From a bacterium (lineage in GTDB: Bacteria; Babelota; Babeliae; Babelales; JAUWHS01): 33,844 nucleotides of DNA. Numbering within the stretch: the stretch's first letter is position 1; each line of letters starts with the position of its first letter. The notes under the pieces were generated by a model that did not search any database, was not told the origin of the DNA, and was given only the letters and a program-made list of their open reading frames with translations. Positions 9,133-17,972 of the stretch are shown piece by piece. Location of the stretch: contig JBDRFY010000009.1 of NCBI GenBank assembly GCA_043818275.1, forward strand, positions 1 through 33,844. Direction: 5' to 3'. The position numbers were made by a program, and so were the translations under genes.

Positions 9133-9537
9133 TAAGGCTTAGTCGAATAAGGAAATTAATTTTATAAAGATATATATTTGTAATTTGGTATTGAATGCCA
9201 TAGGCAAGCCCTGACAAGGGCGACATATGTTAGCCCAGTGCAAAACGCAAAGCGTTGCAGCTCTGGGTATAAAAATAGATAAATATTTAGCCCCGTAGGG
9301 GCGACACATAAAAATAAATTGAATTAAAATTATGTGTCGCCCCTACGGGGCTAGGTTTGTTTTACGATATCTTCCCAGAGCTGTGCGATCAGAGATCGCT
9401 TGCACTGGGCTAACATATGTCGCCCTTGTCAGGGCTTGCCTAAAATCATTATTAAGCGAATAAACAAAGAAAAAACCTAAATTTTTTAATTTCCTGATTC
9501 AACTAAGACTTACTCGCCGTACGGCGAGTAAGTCTTA
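9133..9537. mobile_element. Non-coding nested palindromic REP/REPIN-like element 2 with an adjacent perfect palindrome
   Basis: Outer IR 9133-9159 / 9486-9512 (24/27); perfect 43-bp IR 9201-9243 / 9400-9442; IR 9258-9267 / 9374-9383; perfect 24-bp IR 9288-9311 / 9330-9353; perfect 34-bp palindrome 9504-9537. Confidence 0.8.
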
Positions 9538-9541
9538 ATGT

Positions 9542-11164
9542 CTACTCTACATCTTTTAACAAATCTGATTTTTTATAAAAATAACGTGAAGCAAGCATAT
9601 CCTCATCTTTTAAAATGTTTGCGATTGAAAGAACGGCAAACATTTTATCATCTGTTGAAACAGTTAAAAATCCAGATTCTCTACTTTTTTTAACAGCCTG
9701 CCTAAAATCATCCAAATTTTTAATTTTCTCCCCATTAACTTCTTCAAGTGTTGCCCCAGGAGTTAAAACTCTGGCTTTTCTGGCCTGGGAATCAGGTAAT
9801 ATATGAGTTATCACAACAGCCGGTTTTTGTTGTTCTTCGGGTCTTATGTATCGTACAAGTTCTGGAACCCTTTCAAGTAAAATTGCTATGTGATTTAAGG
9901 TTAGAGGCATCAAAACCATTCCACCAAAAACTACATAATCAATTTCTTGAGACTCGAATTCTGAATAAACTTTTCTAATTGGAGGAATATAACTGGGAGT
10001 AAGTTCAAAATTAAAATCTTTTCTAATTCCACTTCTATAAATCACTAAATGAATTTTATCACCAACTCCAAATCTATTTAAAAAATCAATTAACGAAACT
10101 TTATCTTCACTCCATGGAACAGATAATTCCCCATAAATATCAAGTTTATAACCATTAATTTCATAAAGCATATCGCCCTGTTTAACACCGATTTTACTTA
10201 AAAGACCCATATCAAAAACCTTGGCTATATACCATCCACCTGGTTCAGGATTATTTAGATATTTAACCATATCATTTGTTGCTACAGTAAAAATACAACC
10301 CAAAGTTGGTTTTCTTAAAAGTTTTATTTTATATAAATCTTTGGTAATTGCGCGCTTAACCTCATTTATCGGAATTATATACCCAACATTCTGAGCTTCT
10401 AAAATTCCAGACTGATTAATACCAACAACCTTTCCATTTATATCCAAAAGAGGACCACCTGAACTACCCGGATTAAGAGGAGTTGTAATTTGAATTAAAC
10501 CGGATCTTTCTCTTCCGCTTACAATTCCCAAAGTACTTTTTAATCTTTCCTGTCCCAACGGATAACCAAGAGCCAAAACTTCCTGAGTTCGAAGCACGGT
10601 ATCAGAATCACCTAAATCTAAATAAGAAATTTTACCTAATTTACGTTTTATTTTTTTTAATGATTTGTCAGTCAATTTTAAAACTGAGACATCTTTATCG
10701 GGACAAACACCAACAATTTCAACATCAAATCTTTCCCGTCCGAATGAGGGAAGCTGAATTTGAACAGAACTAGCTTGAGCAACAACATGATAATTTGTAA
10801 TCAGATGACCATTAGAATTTACAAAAAACGCACTCCCTAATGATTCGGATTGCTCTGGGGTTTTATATGGTTCAAGCCAATTGATCCTTGTTATCTGAGT
10901 AAAAACCTGAACAACTGTATCTTTCGATTTTTTTTGAACATTTAACCACGAATGTCTTTTTGGTTGAGCAAGAATTTCTGGAGATATTTCCGGATTTTGA
11001 ATGAAGGCGTTTTTTTCTTTTTCGTTAACAATTACACCAACATAACGACTTAAATCTCTTTGAACTTTATGAGAATAATAAAGGCTGACCGAAAAAGGTA
11101 TACCTACAGCAATAACACCTATCAAAATATATGATATTTTTTGTTTCACTTCCATTGTACACAA
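9542..11164 (-). CDS. HtrA/DegP-like S1C serine protease with PDZ domains and an N-terminal TM anchor
   Basis: ITNYHVV (His), DKDVSVL (Asp), LNPGSSGGPL (Ser); C-terminal PDZ-like regions; the start may be ATG 11155. Confidence 0.92.
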   Translation of the reverse strand: MCTMEVKQKISYILIGVIAVGIPFSVSLYYSHKVQRDLSRYVGVIVNEKEKNAFIQNPEISPEILAQPKRHSWLNVQKKSKDTVVQVFTQITRINWLEPYKTPEQSESLGSAFFVNSNGHLITNYHVVAQASSVQIQLPSFGRERFDVEIVGVCPDKDVSVLKLTDKSLKKIKRKLGKISYLDLGDSDTVLRTQEVLALGYPLGQERLKSTLGIVSGRERSGLIQITTPLNPGSSGGPLLDINGKVVGINQSGILEAQNVGYIIPINEVKRAITKDLYKIKLLRKPTLGCIFTVATNDMVKYLNNPEPGGWYIAKVFDMGLLSKIGVKQGDMLYEINGYKLDIYGELSVPWSEDKVSLIDFLNRFGVGDKIHLVIYRSGIRKDFNFELTPSYIPPIRKVYSEFESQEIDYVVFGGMVLMPLTLNHIAILLERVPELVRYIRPEEQQKPAVVITHILPDSQARKARVLTPGATLEEVNGEKIKNLDDFRQAVKKSRESGFLTVSTDDKMFAVLSIANILKDEDMLASRYFYKKSDLLKDVE

Positions 11165-11176
11165 TCCCCTTTCACT

Positions 11177-11932
11177 CTACTCATCCTGAAAAAATAAACC
11201 CTGTTTAAAAATTAACAACAAAGAAAAAGCAAAATAGAACAAAAACAACAATAACAATAAAGTATGAAGTTTCATCACAGCCATAAAGGCCACAAAAACT
11301 AAAAAAATTGCTTTAAGCCAATTTTTACCTAAACGAATATTACCCTTAAATGTTGGAAATCTGATCGAACTTATCATTAAAAAACCAAATAAAATTTCTA
11401 AAAATAATAATATAAAAACAAAAAAATTACTTGGAATAATTTTACCTGAATTAAGTAAAAGAGTTGCGAAAAAACAACCGGATATTGTTGTCGGCACGCC
11501 CAAAAAAAATAAACTTTGTTCTGAGGATGTTAAATTAAATTTAGCTAATCTTAAAAGACCTGCAATTAAAAAAAATGCTGTTCCTAAAAAACCAATAAAC
11601 CCCAATTTATTTAATTGCCAAAAATACATTAAAAATGCCGGGGCCAAACAAAATGAAACCAAGTCACTAAAAGAATCAAGTTGTACTCCAAATTCACTTG
11701 ATATTTTTAAATACCTGGCAACCCGACCATCAAGAAAATCAAATAATGCTCCCAACAAAATAAAATAAGAAGCGCCAATAAAATCTTCATTCGCCGTAAA
11801 AACAATTGATAAATAGCCAAAAAATGCATTTCCTAAAGTAAAAATATTGGGTAATAACGAAATACTTTTTCGGACTAATAATTTTTCTCTAAAAGGCTTT
11901 CGCCTAAATCTTGAATGCCGTAATAACAACAT
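11177..11932 (-). CDS. pssA: CDP-diacylglycerol--serine O-phosphatidyltransferase
   Basis: LPNIFTLGN, DFLDGRVAR...SEFGVQLDSFSDLVSF (CDP-alcohol phosphotransferase motif), LRLAKFN, FLGVP. Confidence 0.92.
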   Translation of the reverse strand: MLLLRHSRFRRKPFREKLLVRKSISLLPNIFTLGNAFFGYLSIVFTANEDFIGASYFILLGALFDFLDGRVARYLKISSEFGVQLDSFSDLVSFCLAPAFLMYFWQLNKLGFIGFLGTAFFLIAGLLRLAKFNLTSSEQSLFFLGVPTTISGCFFATLLLNSGKIIPSNFFVFILLFLEILFGFLMISSIRFPTFKGNIRLGKNWLKAIFLVFVAFMAVMKLHTLLLLLFLFYFAFSLLLIFKQGLFFQDE

Positions 11933-11990
11933 TTATATTTCCTGAGTTGCTTTTAAATTTTTAATAAATAATTAACTAACATTATAATAA

Positions 11991-12527
11991 TTATTTAGCA
12001 ACGACAACTTTTGCATGCTTTAAAACTTTATCCTTAAAAAGATATCCCTTGTGCACCGTATCAACTATTTCTCCTTTTTTCTTGTCTTTGCTTTCAACTT
12101 GTAATAAAGCTTCATGGTATTTAGGATCAAATTTAGAAGAACAATCTATTTCCTCAACACCCAGATCTTTAAAAACTTTCTTTAAATTTTTTTCTATAAT
12201 TTTAAAACCATGCAGCCATGATTCTTTTTTCTTTTCATCAATATCCAGCTTCTCACCCGCTTTAATTGCTCTATCTAAATCATCCGCAAATGGTAGAAAT
12301 TTAAGCAAAATATCCGATTGAGCTAAATATCCCCACTCTGTTTTTTCTTTTTCCATTCTTTTTTTAAAATTTTCAAAATCTGCTGAAACATGTAAAAAAT
12401 TTTTTTTAAAATCAATTTGATCATCAGCCTCTTTTTTCTTTTCATCTGATAAATCATTTTTTGAAGTTTTTTGCTCTTTTTTCAAGCTTTCATCTTCAAA
12501 ATTTTCATCTTTTTTATTTTTATTCAT
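11991..12527 (-). CDS. grpE: Nucleotide exchange factor GrpE
   Basis: ADFENFKKR, LPFADDLDRA, FDPKYHEA and KGYLFKDKVLKHAKVVV motifs. Confidence 0.95.
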   Translation of the reverse strand: MNKNKKDENFEDESLKKEQKTSKNDLSDEKKKEADDQIDFKKNFLHVSADFENFKKRMEKEKTEWGYLAQSDILLKFLPFADDLDRAIKAGEKLDIDEKKKESWLHGFKIIEKNLKKVFKDLGVEEIDCSSKFDPKYHEALLQVESKDKKKGEIVDTVHKGYLFKDKVLKHAKVVVAK

Positions 12528-12971
12528 AAATAACCTTTTTCATCTCTATTAGAAAAACAATAAATTTTTCAAATTTCTCATAGAAATTCAAATTCAGTAT
12601 GACTCATTGCAAGCCTAAAGTCATAAAAAATACAATGCCTATCGGCAACTCAATTTAAAAATCAAATTCGATTTTTAATCATCCCCCATCAATGATAGCT
12701 TCAAAAAATTTTGGACAAACAAAAACCCTATCCAATCAAGGAAGTCTAAAAATCCAAATTGTTTTATAAATTTAGCATAAAAAAGCAATCTGAAAAAGTT
12801 TGATAATAAAATCCAGATTTATAGGCAAAGGTTAAAATTGGAAAAGAAACACTATCAGTAAAATAAAAATTTATCTTGTCAAACTTAAGTTATCTAAGAT
12901 ATTATTTCTTCACTGTGGGGGAGGACCTCCAAAAATATTTAAAAATTTAAAAAATTTTTAAGGGTACTCCA

Positions 12972-13424
12972 ATGAAAGGATACATAAACCGTGTCTGCAC
13001 CTCTTTTATAGATGTGCCAGACAAGATCGCTATCGCAATATATTTCTCTGGATGCTCTATCCGATGTAAAAATTGCCAAAACAAAGAGCTCTGGGATAAA
13101 AAAAACGGAACTTTAACTGAAACAACACAATTAATAAAAAAAATCGATACACATCCATTAGCTGAATATGTTGTTTTTCTGGGGGGAGAACCAACTGATC
13201 AAATAGATTTCTTAATAGATATCTGCAAAAACATAAAAAATAAAAAAATTGCTGTTTATTCAGGCAGAGAATTTGAAATTCTGCCAAAAAAATTATTAGA
13301 TCAAATAAATTTAATTGTATGTGGACCATATAGAGATGATCTTTTCGTAGCCAACCGATGGCCCGCATCAACAAATCAAAGAGTTTTTAGAAAGGAAAGT
13401 GAACAATGGAAACAGATAAAATAA
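12972..13424 (+). CDS. nrdG: Anaerobic RNR activating enzyme (radical SAM)
   Basis: SGCSIRCKNC (CxxxCxxC), GGEP, GPY and STNQR motifs; overlaps nrdD. Confidence 0.92.
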   Translation: MKGYINRVCTSFIDVPDKIAIAIYFSGCSIRCKNCQNKELWDKKNGTLTETTQLIKKIDTHPLAEYVVFLGGEPTDQIDFLIDICKNIKNKKIAVYSGREFEILPKKLLDQINLIVCGPYRDDLFVANRWPASTNQRVFRKESEQWKQIK

Positions 13425-15343
13425 ATCTATGCGGCTCTTTTGATGAAAGCTTTAAAGATTTATACGTATCAACTGATCCTAAAATATTAAAAATGGAAGG
13501 AATTTCTCCAGATAAACTTGATGTTGTAAAAATGTCTGAAAAATATTTTTCCCGACGAATCGTTGATATGTCTATTGATGACAATGCCAATGCTCACGAA
13601 AGTAAAGCATTTGGAAATTATATATCTGAAGTAACAAAAGGCTGGTTAAAAATTCAGGGTTATTATGATATCTATAAAAAACTGGAAAATGATTACGGAA
13701 CAAAAGAAGCCCAAAGATTATTAAAATTAACCTGGAACGGAGATATTTACTTACATGATAGCACTTCAATTCAAATTCCATATTGCTGGTCTTATTCAAC
13801 ATCTTTTATTTTATTTGAAGGTTGTAAATGGGGACAACTGGAATCCAAACCCCCAAAACATACTCATTCTTTTTTAGATCAGGTTAAAGAAGTAACAATT
13901 GAAATAGCTCAAGAAATTGCTGGCGCCGTAGCCATTGGTGATTTATTTGTCAATTACGCGTACCTGGCAAAAAAAGAAGGCCTTTATCCCTGGAAACCGG
14001 CTGACCGCAAAGTCATCGAAGATGAATTTCAATCGTTAGTGCATACATTAAATAAAAAATTAAGAGCATCACATCAATCACCTTTTTCAAATTTATCAAT
14101 TTTTGACAGACCAAATCTGGAAATGTTATTTGAAGATGTGGTTTACCCGGATATGAGTAAACCTGATTTTGACTACATTGAAGAAATTCAAAGAATTTTT
14201 TGTGACTGGTTTGCCAAGGGTGATCCAACAAGTGGACTTCCATACCGATTTCCGGTTGTAACATTAAATTTAAGAACTGATAAGAATAAAAAACTTTTGG
14301 ATCCAGCCGCTTTCGAATATTATTCAAAAATTAATCTGGAAAAGGGTTGTTTTAATATTTACATTTCCTCCGGAAACAAAATCGCAAGTTGTTGCAGGCT
14401 GACAAATGATCTTGACCTTGCGGGAGTAGACAGTTTTGGAAATGGTGGAGTATCCCTGGGATCACATAGAGTTGTAACGTTAAACCTTGCTCGTCTCGGT
14501 AAAATTTCAAAATCTGTTGATGATTTAAAAATTCACCTTCATGAGCAACTGGAAAATGCAAAAAAACTTCTTATCGCTCACAAACAATTATTAAAACAAA
14601 GGGAAAAAGAAGGATTTCTAAAATTTTTCAAGCTTGGCGTCATGAGCATGAATCGACTGTTTAGTACTTTTGGAATAACAGGAATTTATGAATGTGTTGA
14701 ACAACTTGGATTTCCAATGAAAACTGAAAAAGGAAAAAATCTGGCTAAAGAAATTCTTGAAGAAATAAAAAACTATGCTACCGAAAATTCCAAAAAATTA
14801 GATGATTTTATTTTCAATGTTGAACAAGTTCCAGCAGAAAGTCTGGCCGTAAAATTCGCGGCTAAAGACCAACATCTATACAACATGCCTTACTCAATTT
14901 ACTCAAACCAATTCATACCTCTTTACGAAGATTATGATATTGTAGACCGCATTAAACTTGATGGAGAATTTTCTGCCACATTAACGGGAGGTGGAATATC
15001 GCATTTAAATATAGGAGAAAAACTTACATCAAAAGATCAGATGAAAAAATTAATCGATTATTCAATAAAATGCGGTTGCGAACACTTTGCCGTAAATTAT
15101 AATTTTTGTAAATGCGTAAATAATCACATAACTGTTGCAGGACCTTCAACAACCTGTTCTATTTGCGCGGGTCAAATTCAGGATCAATACACAAGAATCA
15201 TTGGATATTGGGTACCTGTATCTTCATGGAATAAAGGCAGACAAGAAGAACATAAAAAACGAATATTTAAAAAACCATTTGAACAAAAAAAAGATTCACC
15301 AGTAACCTCCTCTTCAACACAAACCACGCAAGAAACAATATAA
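13406..15343 (+). CDS. nrdD: Class III anaerobic ribonucleoside-triphosphate reductase
   Basis: IYLHD, PYC, QSPFSN, FPVVT, SCCRL, VVTLNL, PAE, GGGISH, C-terminal Cys/His cluster and glycyl-radical TRIIGY. Confidence 0.95.
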   Translation: METDKINLCGSFDESFKDLYVSTDPKILKMEGISPDKLDVVKMSEKYFSRRIVDMSIDDNANAHESKAFGNYISEVTKGWLKIQGYYDIYKKLENDYGTKEAQRLLKLTWNGDIYLHDSTSIQIPYCWSYSTSFILFEGCKWGQLESKPPKHTHSFLDQVKEVTIEIAQEIAGAVAIGDLFVNYAYLAKKEGLYPWKPADRKVIEDEFQSLVHTLNKKLRASHQSPFSNLSIFDRPNLEMLFEDVVYPDMSKPDFDYIEEIQRIFCDWFAKGDPTSGLPYRFPVVTLNLRTDKNKKLLDPAAFEYYSKINLEKGCFNIYISSGNKIASCCRLTNDLDLAGVDSFGNGGVSLGSHRVVTLNLARLGKISKSVDDLKIHLHEQLENAKKLLIAHKQLLKQREKEGFLKFFKLGVMSMNRLFSTFGITGIYECVEQLGFPMKTEKGKNLAKEILEEIKNYATENSKKLDDFIFNVEQVPAESLAVKFAAKDQHLYNMPYSIYSNQFIPLYEDYDIVDRIKLDGEFSATLTGGGISHLNIGEKLTSKDQMKKLIDYSIKCGCEHFAVNYNFCKCVNNHITVAGPSTTCSICAGQIQDQYTRIIGYWVPVSSWNKGRQEEHKKRIFKKPFEQKKDSPVTSSSTQTTQETI

Positions 15344-15354
15344 AAACAACATCC

Positions 15355-15394
15355 AAAAATAAAGGGTAACTTTTAAAAACTGCCCTTTATTTTT
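15355..15394. terminator. Bidirectional intrinsic terminator
   Basis: AAAAATAAAGGG...CCCTTTATTTTT between convergent nrdD and the 15396 gene. Confidence 0.75.
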
Positions 15395-15395
15395 T

Positions 15396-15974
15396 TTAAT
15401 CTCTTTGAAAAATTACTGCTGATATTTTTTGCCACAAATTTTTTATAATATTTCCAGAACCCTCAAGGCCACCTTTAATTATTCCTTCAATAACATGAGC
15501 AATATTTTCTACCAACCTTTTTGAAGCTTCATAAGATAAAAATTCAACGACATCACCTGAATTTGCAATAACGCCAACAACAACAATCAAAACAATTGTT
15601 ACAATAACAATCTCATATTTATGATTCCAGGTTCCTTTAATAAATTGTTTTAAAAATGATTCCCGTTCCTCTTTGCTCATCTCCTCCAATATTTTTAATA
15701 ATTTTATAGAAACAACCTCATTTAAAGCGCTATTTAAATTTGAAGAATCATTTTTTTCTTTTTCAATGTAATTAAATGTTTTTAAATTTTTTTCTTCTGT
15801 TAGCAAATCAACTTGTCTTTTCACCTCATCAATAAGTAAATCTTTAAATAATTCCAAATCTTCTATCGTAACAACATTTGAATTTGAGACAGCAATTAAT
15901 TCATCAGACGCGCAATTAATATTTGTAAAAAACATCCCGGAGATTAGAAAAAAAATAAAAACTCTTTTCATCAA
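15396..15974 (-). CDS. Hypothetical protein with signal peptide and internal TM helix
   Basis: GGGGG SD; MKRVFIFFLISGMFFTNINC signal; TM segment IVIVTIVLIVVVGVIA. Confidence 0.8.
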   Translation of the reverse strand: MMKRVFIFFLISGMFFTNINCASDELIAVSNSNVVTIEDLELFKDLLIDEVKRQVDLLTEEKNLKTFNYIEKEKNDSSNLNSALNEVVSIKLLKILEEMSKEERESFLKQFIKGTWNHKYEIVIVTIVLIVVVGVIANSGDVVEFLSYEASKRLVENIAHVIEGIIKGGLEGSGNIIKNLWQKISAVIFQRD

Positions 15975-15993
15975 TCCCCCTTAACTTTAAAAA

Positions 15994-17010
15994 TTAAACA
16001 TTATTTGAAAGTCCAAGATGTTGCAAAACCCATTCCCAAATATGATTAGCCAAACCAACTTCCTCTGAATCTTTCAAAATTGAATAAATTGGCATTTTAT
16101 TTTGGGCAAAACAAATATTTCCTGTTGCATTAAAAGTAAAATTTTCAAAATTACCAATTTTTTCCTGAATTAAATAATTTGGAATATACAAAAGCCATTT
16201 TGCAATAATTTCCGCGTGAATCTCTCTGTGATTTGGCAGCCCCCAACCAAGCCAACCTTTATTTTTTATCTCAATTGATAAATCAACTGCGCGTTCATGT
16301 TTTGGTTCTGGAAGCAAAACATCCCCAACAATTTCCTGAACCAAATCGCCCTTTGAATAAAAATTATAAAGATGCCCAATGATATCCATATCAGCAACAT
16401 AATCCGGAATATTATTTGGAGTACCCAAGGTATAAACAGAATCAATTAAATAATCTTTTTGCGCTTTGGTTTCCTGAATGCCAACCTTTTCTTTATATTT
16501 TTGCACTTCCTCTTTTGCGACAGCAAAAAATGCTTGCAATTCTTCTTTTTCTTTTTGCTCTTCTTCTATATTTTTTTTATCTGGTGATGAAGTTGTGGTT
16601 AAATCCAAAACCGGTTCACTTTCCACTCCATACATTGTTAAATCATCAATAAAATCATCCAATAATTGACTTGCCGCTTTTATTACATGTCCGCCATAAC
16701 TATGCCCAACTAAAACTATTTCTTTTTCTCCTTTTTTTGCGAAATCTATAACCAATTTTGCCAATTTAACTCCGGCTTTTAAACGTTCATAGTGAGTCAC
16801 TCCGCCAAGATACTGATCCCATGAAAAAGAATTTGTTTTTTTGTGGCCTAATTCCAACGATTCAATTTTCAAACTTTCAAAAAAGCTGCCTCCCGGTTGA
16901 TACCAAAGACTTTCCTGAGCAAGTGCTCCATGCGTTACAATAACAACAGAATTCAAATTAAAAAAAAGAGAAGCAAATAAAACACACCAAAAATATCTAA
17001 AAAAATTCAT
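15994..17010 (-). CDS. Secreted alpha/beta-fold hydrolase (lipase/esterase-like)
   Basis: Signal peptide; VTHG oxyanion motif; LVGHSYGG nucleophile elbow; TLGTP; YS.GD; candidate His in NHREIH. Confidence 0.85.
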   Translation of the reverse strand: MNFFRYFWCVLFASLFFNLNSVVIVTHGALAQESLWYQPGGSFFESLKIESLELGHKKTNSFSWDQYLGGVTHYERLKAGVKLAKLVIDFAKKGEKEIVLVGHSYGGHVIKAASQLLDDFIDDLTMYGVESEPVLDLTTTSSPDKKNIEEEQKEKEELQAFFAVAKEEVQKYKEKVGIQETKAQKDYLIDSVYTLGTPNNIPDYVADMDIIGHLYNFYSKGDLVQEIVGDVLLPEPKHERAVDLSIEIKNKGWLGWGLPNHREIHAEIIAKWLLYIPNYLIQEKIGNFENFTFNATGNICFAQNKMPIYSILKDSEEVGLANHIWEWVLQHLGLSNNV

Positions 17011-17133
17011 GCATTTCTCCTAAATAAAAATTTTATATTTATAAAGGATATTAAATAAGAATCTTTTTTTTCAAGAAAGATAAATTTTATTAACTGATGT
17101 TACGCAAAGCATTGTAAATTAAATATTGCTTTT

Positions 17134-17169
17134 TTACTTGACAAGCCTCGGTAGAGGCTTGTCAAATAA
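17134..17169. repeat. GC-rich intergenic hairpin (terminator or REP-like)
   Basis: TTGACAAGCCTC-ggta-GAGGCTTGTCAA (17138-17165), extendable to 15/16 bp. Confidence 0.6.
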
Positions 17170-17242
17170 ATTTAGATAAAAATATTACAAATACCAACTT
17201 TAGCTATCTTAAAATAAAATCTTGATTGCGTAACATCAGTTA

Positions 17243-17935
17243 TTAAGAAACATCGGTATAAACAATTTGAATTTCGCCATTTTTACTTGTTGGCAAAATA
17301 AGACGCTTGTCTTTCTGTATAACGTCCTGAACCTCATCAAGTTGATCCTGTAAATGTAACAATTTTTTACCCAGATACTTATAATAAAATATTGCTTCTT
17401 TATTTTCTCCAAAAGACGTATCAATATTAATATTTATAATTTTATTTCTAACGAATGATGGATAAATCACTTTTCCTGTTAAAAATTGAATTTTGGGTTT
17501 TATTGAATAAAAATTATATATTTTTTCAACGACAGCTAAGTTTGGTCTTATTTCACTACATTTATCAAAAACATAAACCCCATTTATCAAATTTGGCTGA
17601 TTAAATTTATGAGAAACAAAATTAAAAATATTTTCTCCAAAACCAAAACAAAAAACATTAATTTTTTCGTATTTATCCTTAACCAATATTAATAACGTAA
17701 ATAATTCAGCCACATTATATTTGAACTCTAAAGTCATTGTTCCATCAAACTCCTGATACTCAAAATCAAAAAAATCACCGCCCCTTTTTGCCTGTTTTTT
17801 TATTTTTTTACAAAAAACGCTTCTGGCTTCCAAAATTTCTTCATTTACATTTTTTTTCGGGTTAATAAAAATTATAGCGGTTTTTGGATATAAAAAATGA
17901 AAAAATAATAAAAATAAAATACTCCATTTTTTCAT
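17243..17935 (-). CDS. Secreted degenerate alpha/beta-hydrolase-like protein
   Basis: Signal peptide; INVFCFGFG aligns with LVGHSYGG; LINGVYVF and IYNFYS align with the 15994 protein. Confidence 0.7.
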   Translation of the reverse strand: MKKWSILFLLFFHFLYPKTAIIFINPKKNVNEEILEARSVFCKKIKKQAKRGGDFFDFEYQEFDGTMTLEFKYNVAELFTLLILVKDKYEKINVFCFGFGENIFNFVSHKFNQPNLINGVYVFDKCSEIRPNLAVVEKIYNFYSIKPKIQFLTGKVIYPSFVRNKIININIDTSFGENKEAIFYYKYLGKKLLHLQDQLDEVQDVIQKDKRLILPTSKNGEIQIVYTDVS

Positions 17936-17972
17936 CCCAAATCCCCCTGCGAAAAATCTTACTTATTGAATA

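Noticed and set aside
9201..9442. CRISPR array or integron attC sites
   Set aside because: The repeats are inverted, not direct with unique spacers; there is no cas or intI gene and no RYYYAAC/GTTRRRY ends.
12528..12971. Cobalamin riboswitch, NrdR box or CIRCE
   Set aside because: No recognisable consensus; ACACTATCAGT near 12849 and TTAGCA near 12772 are only partial matches in AT-rich DNA.
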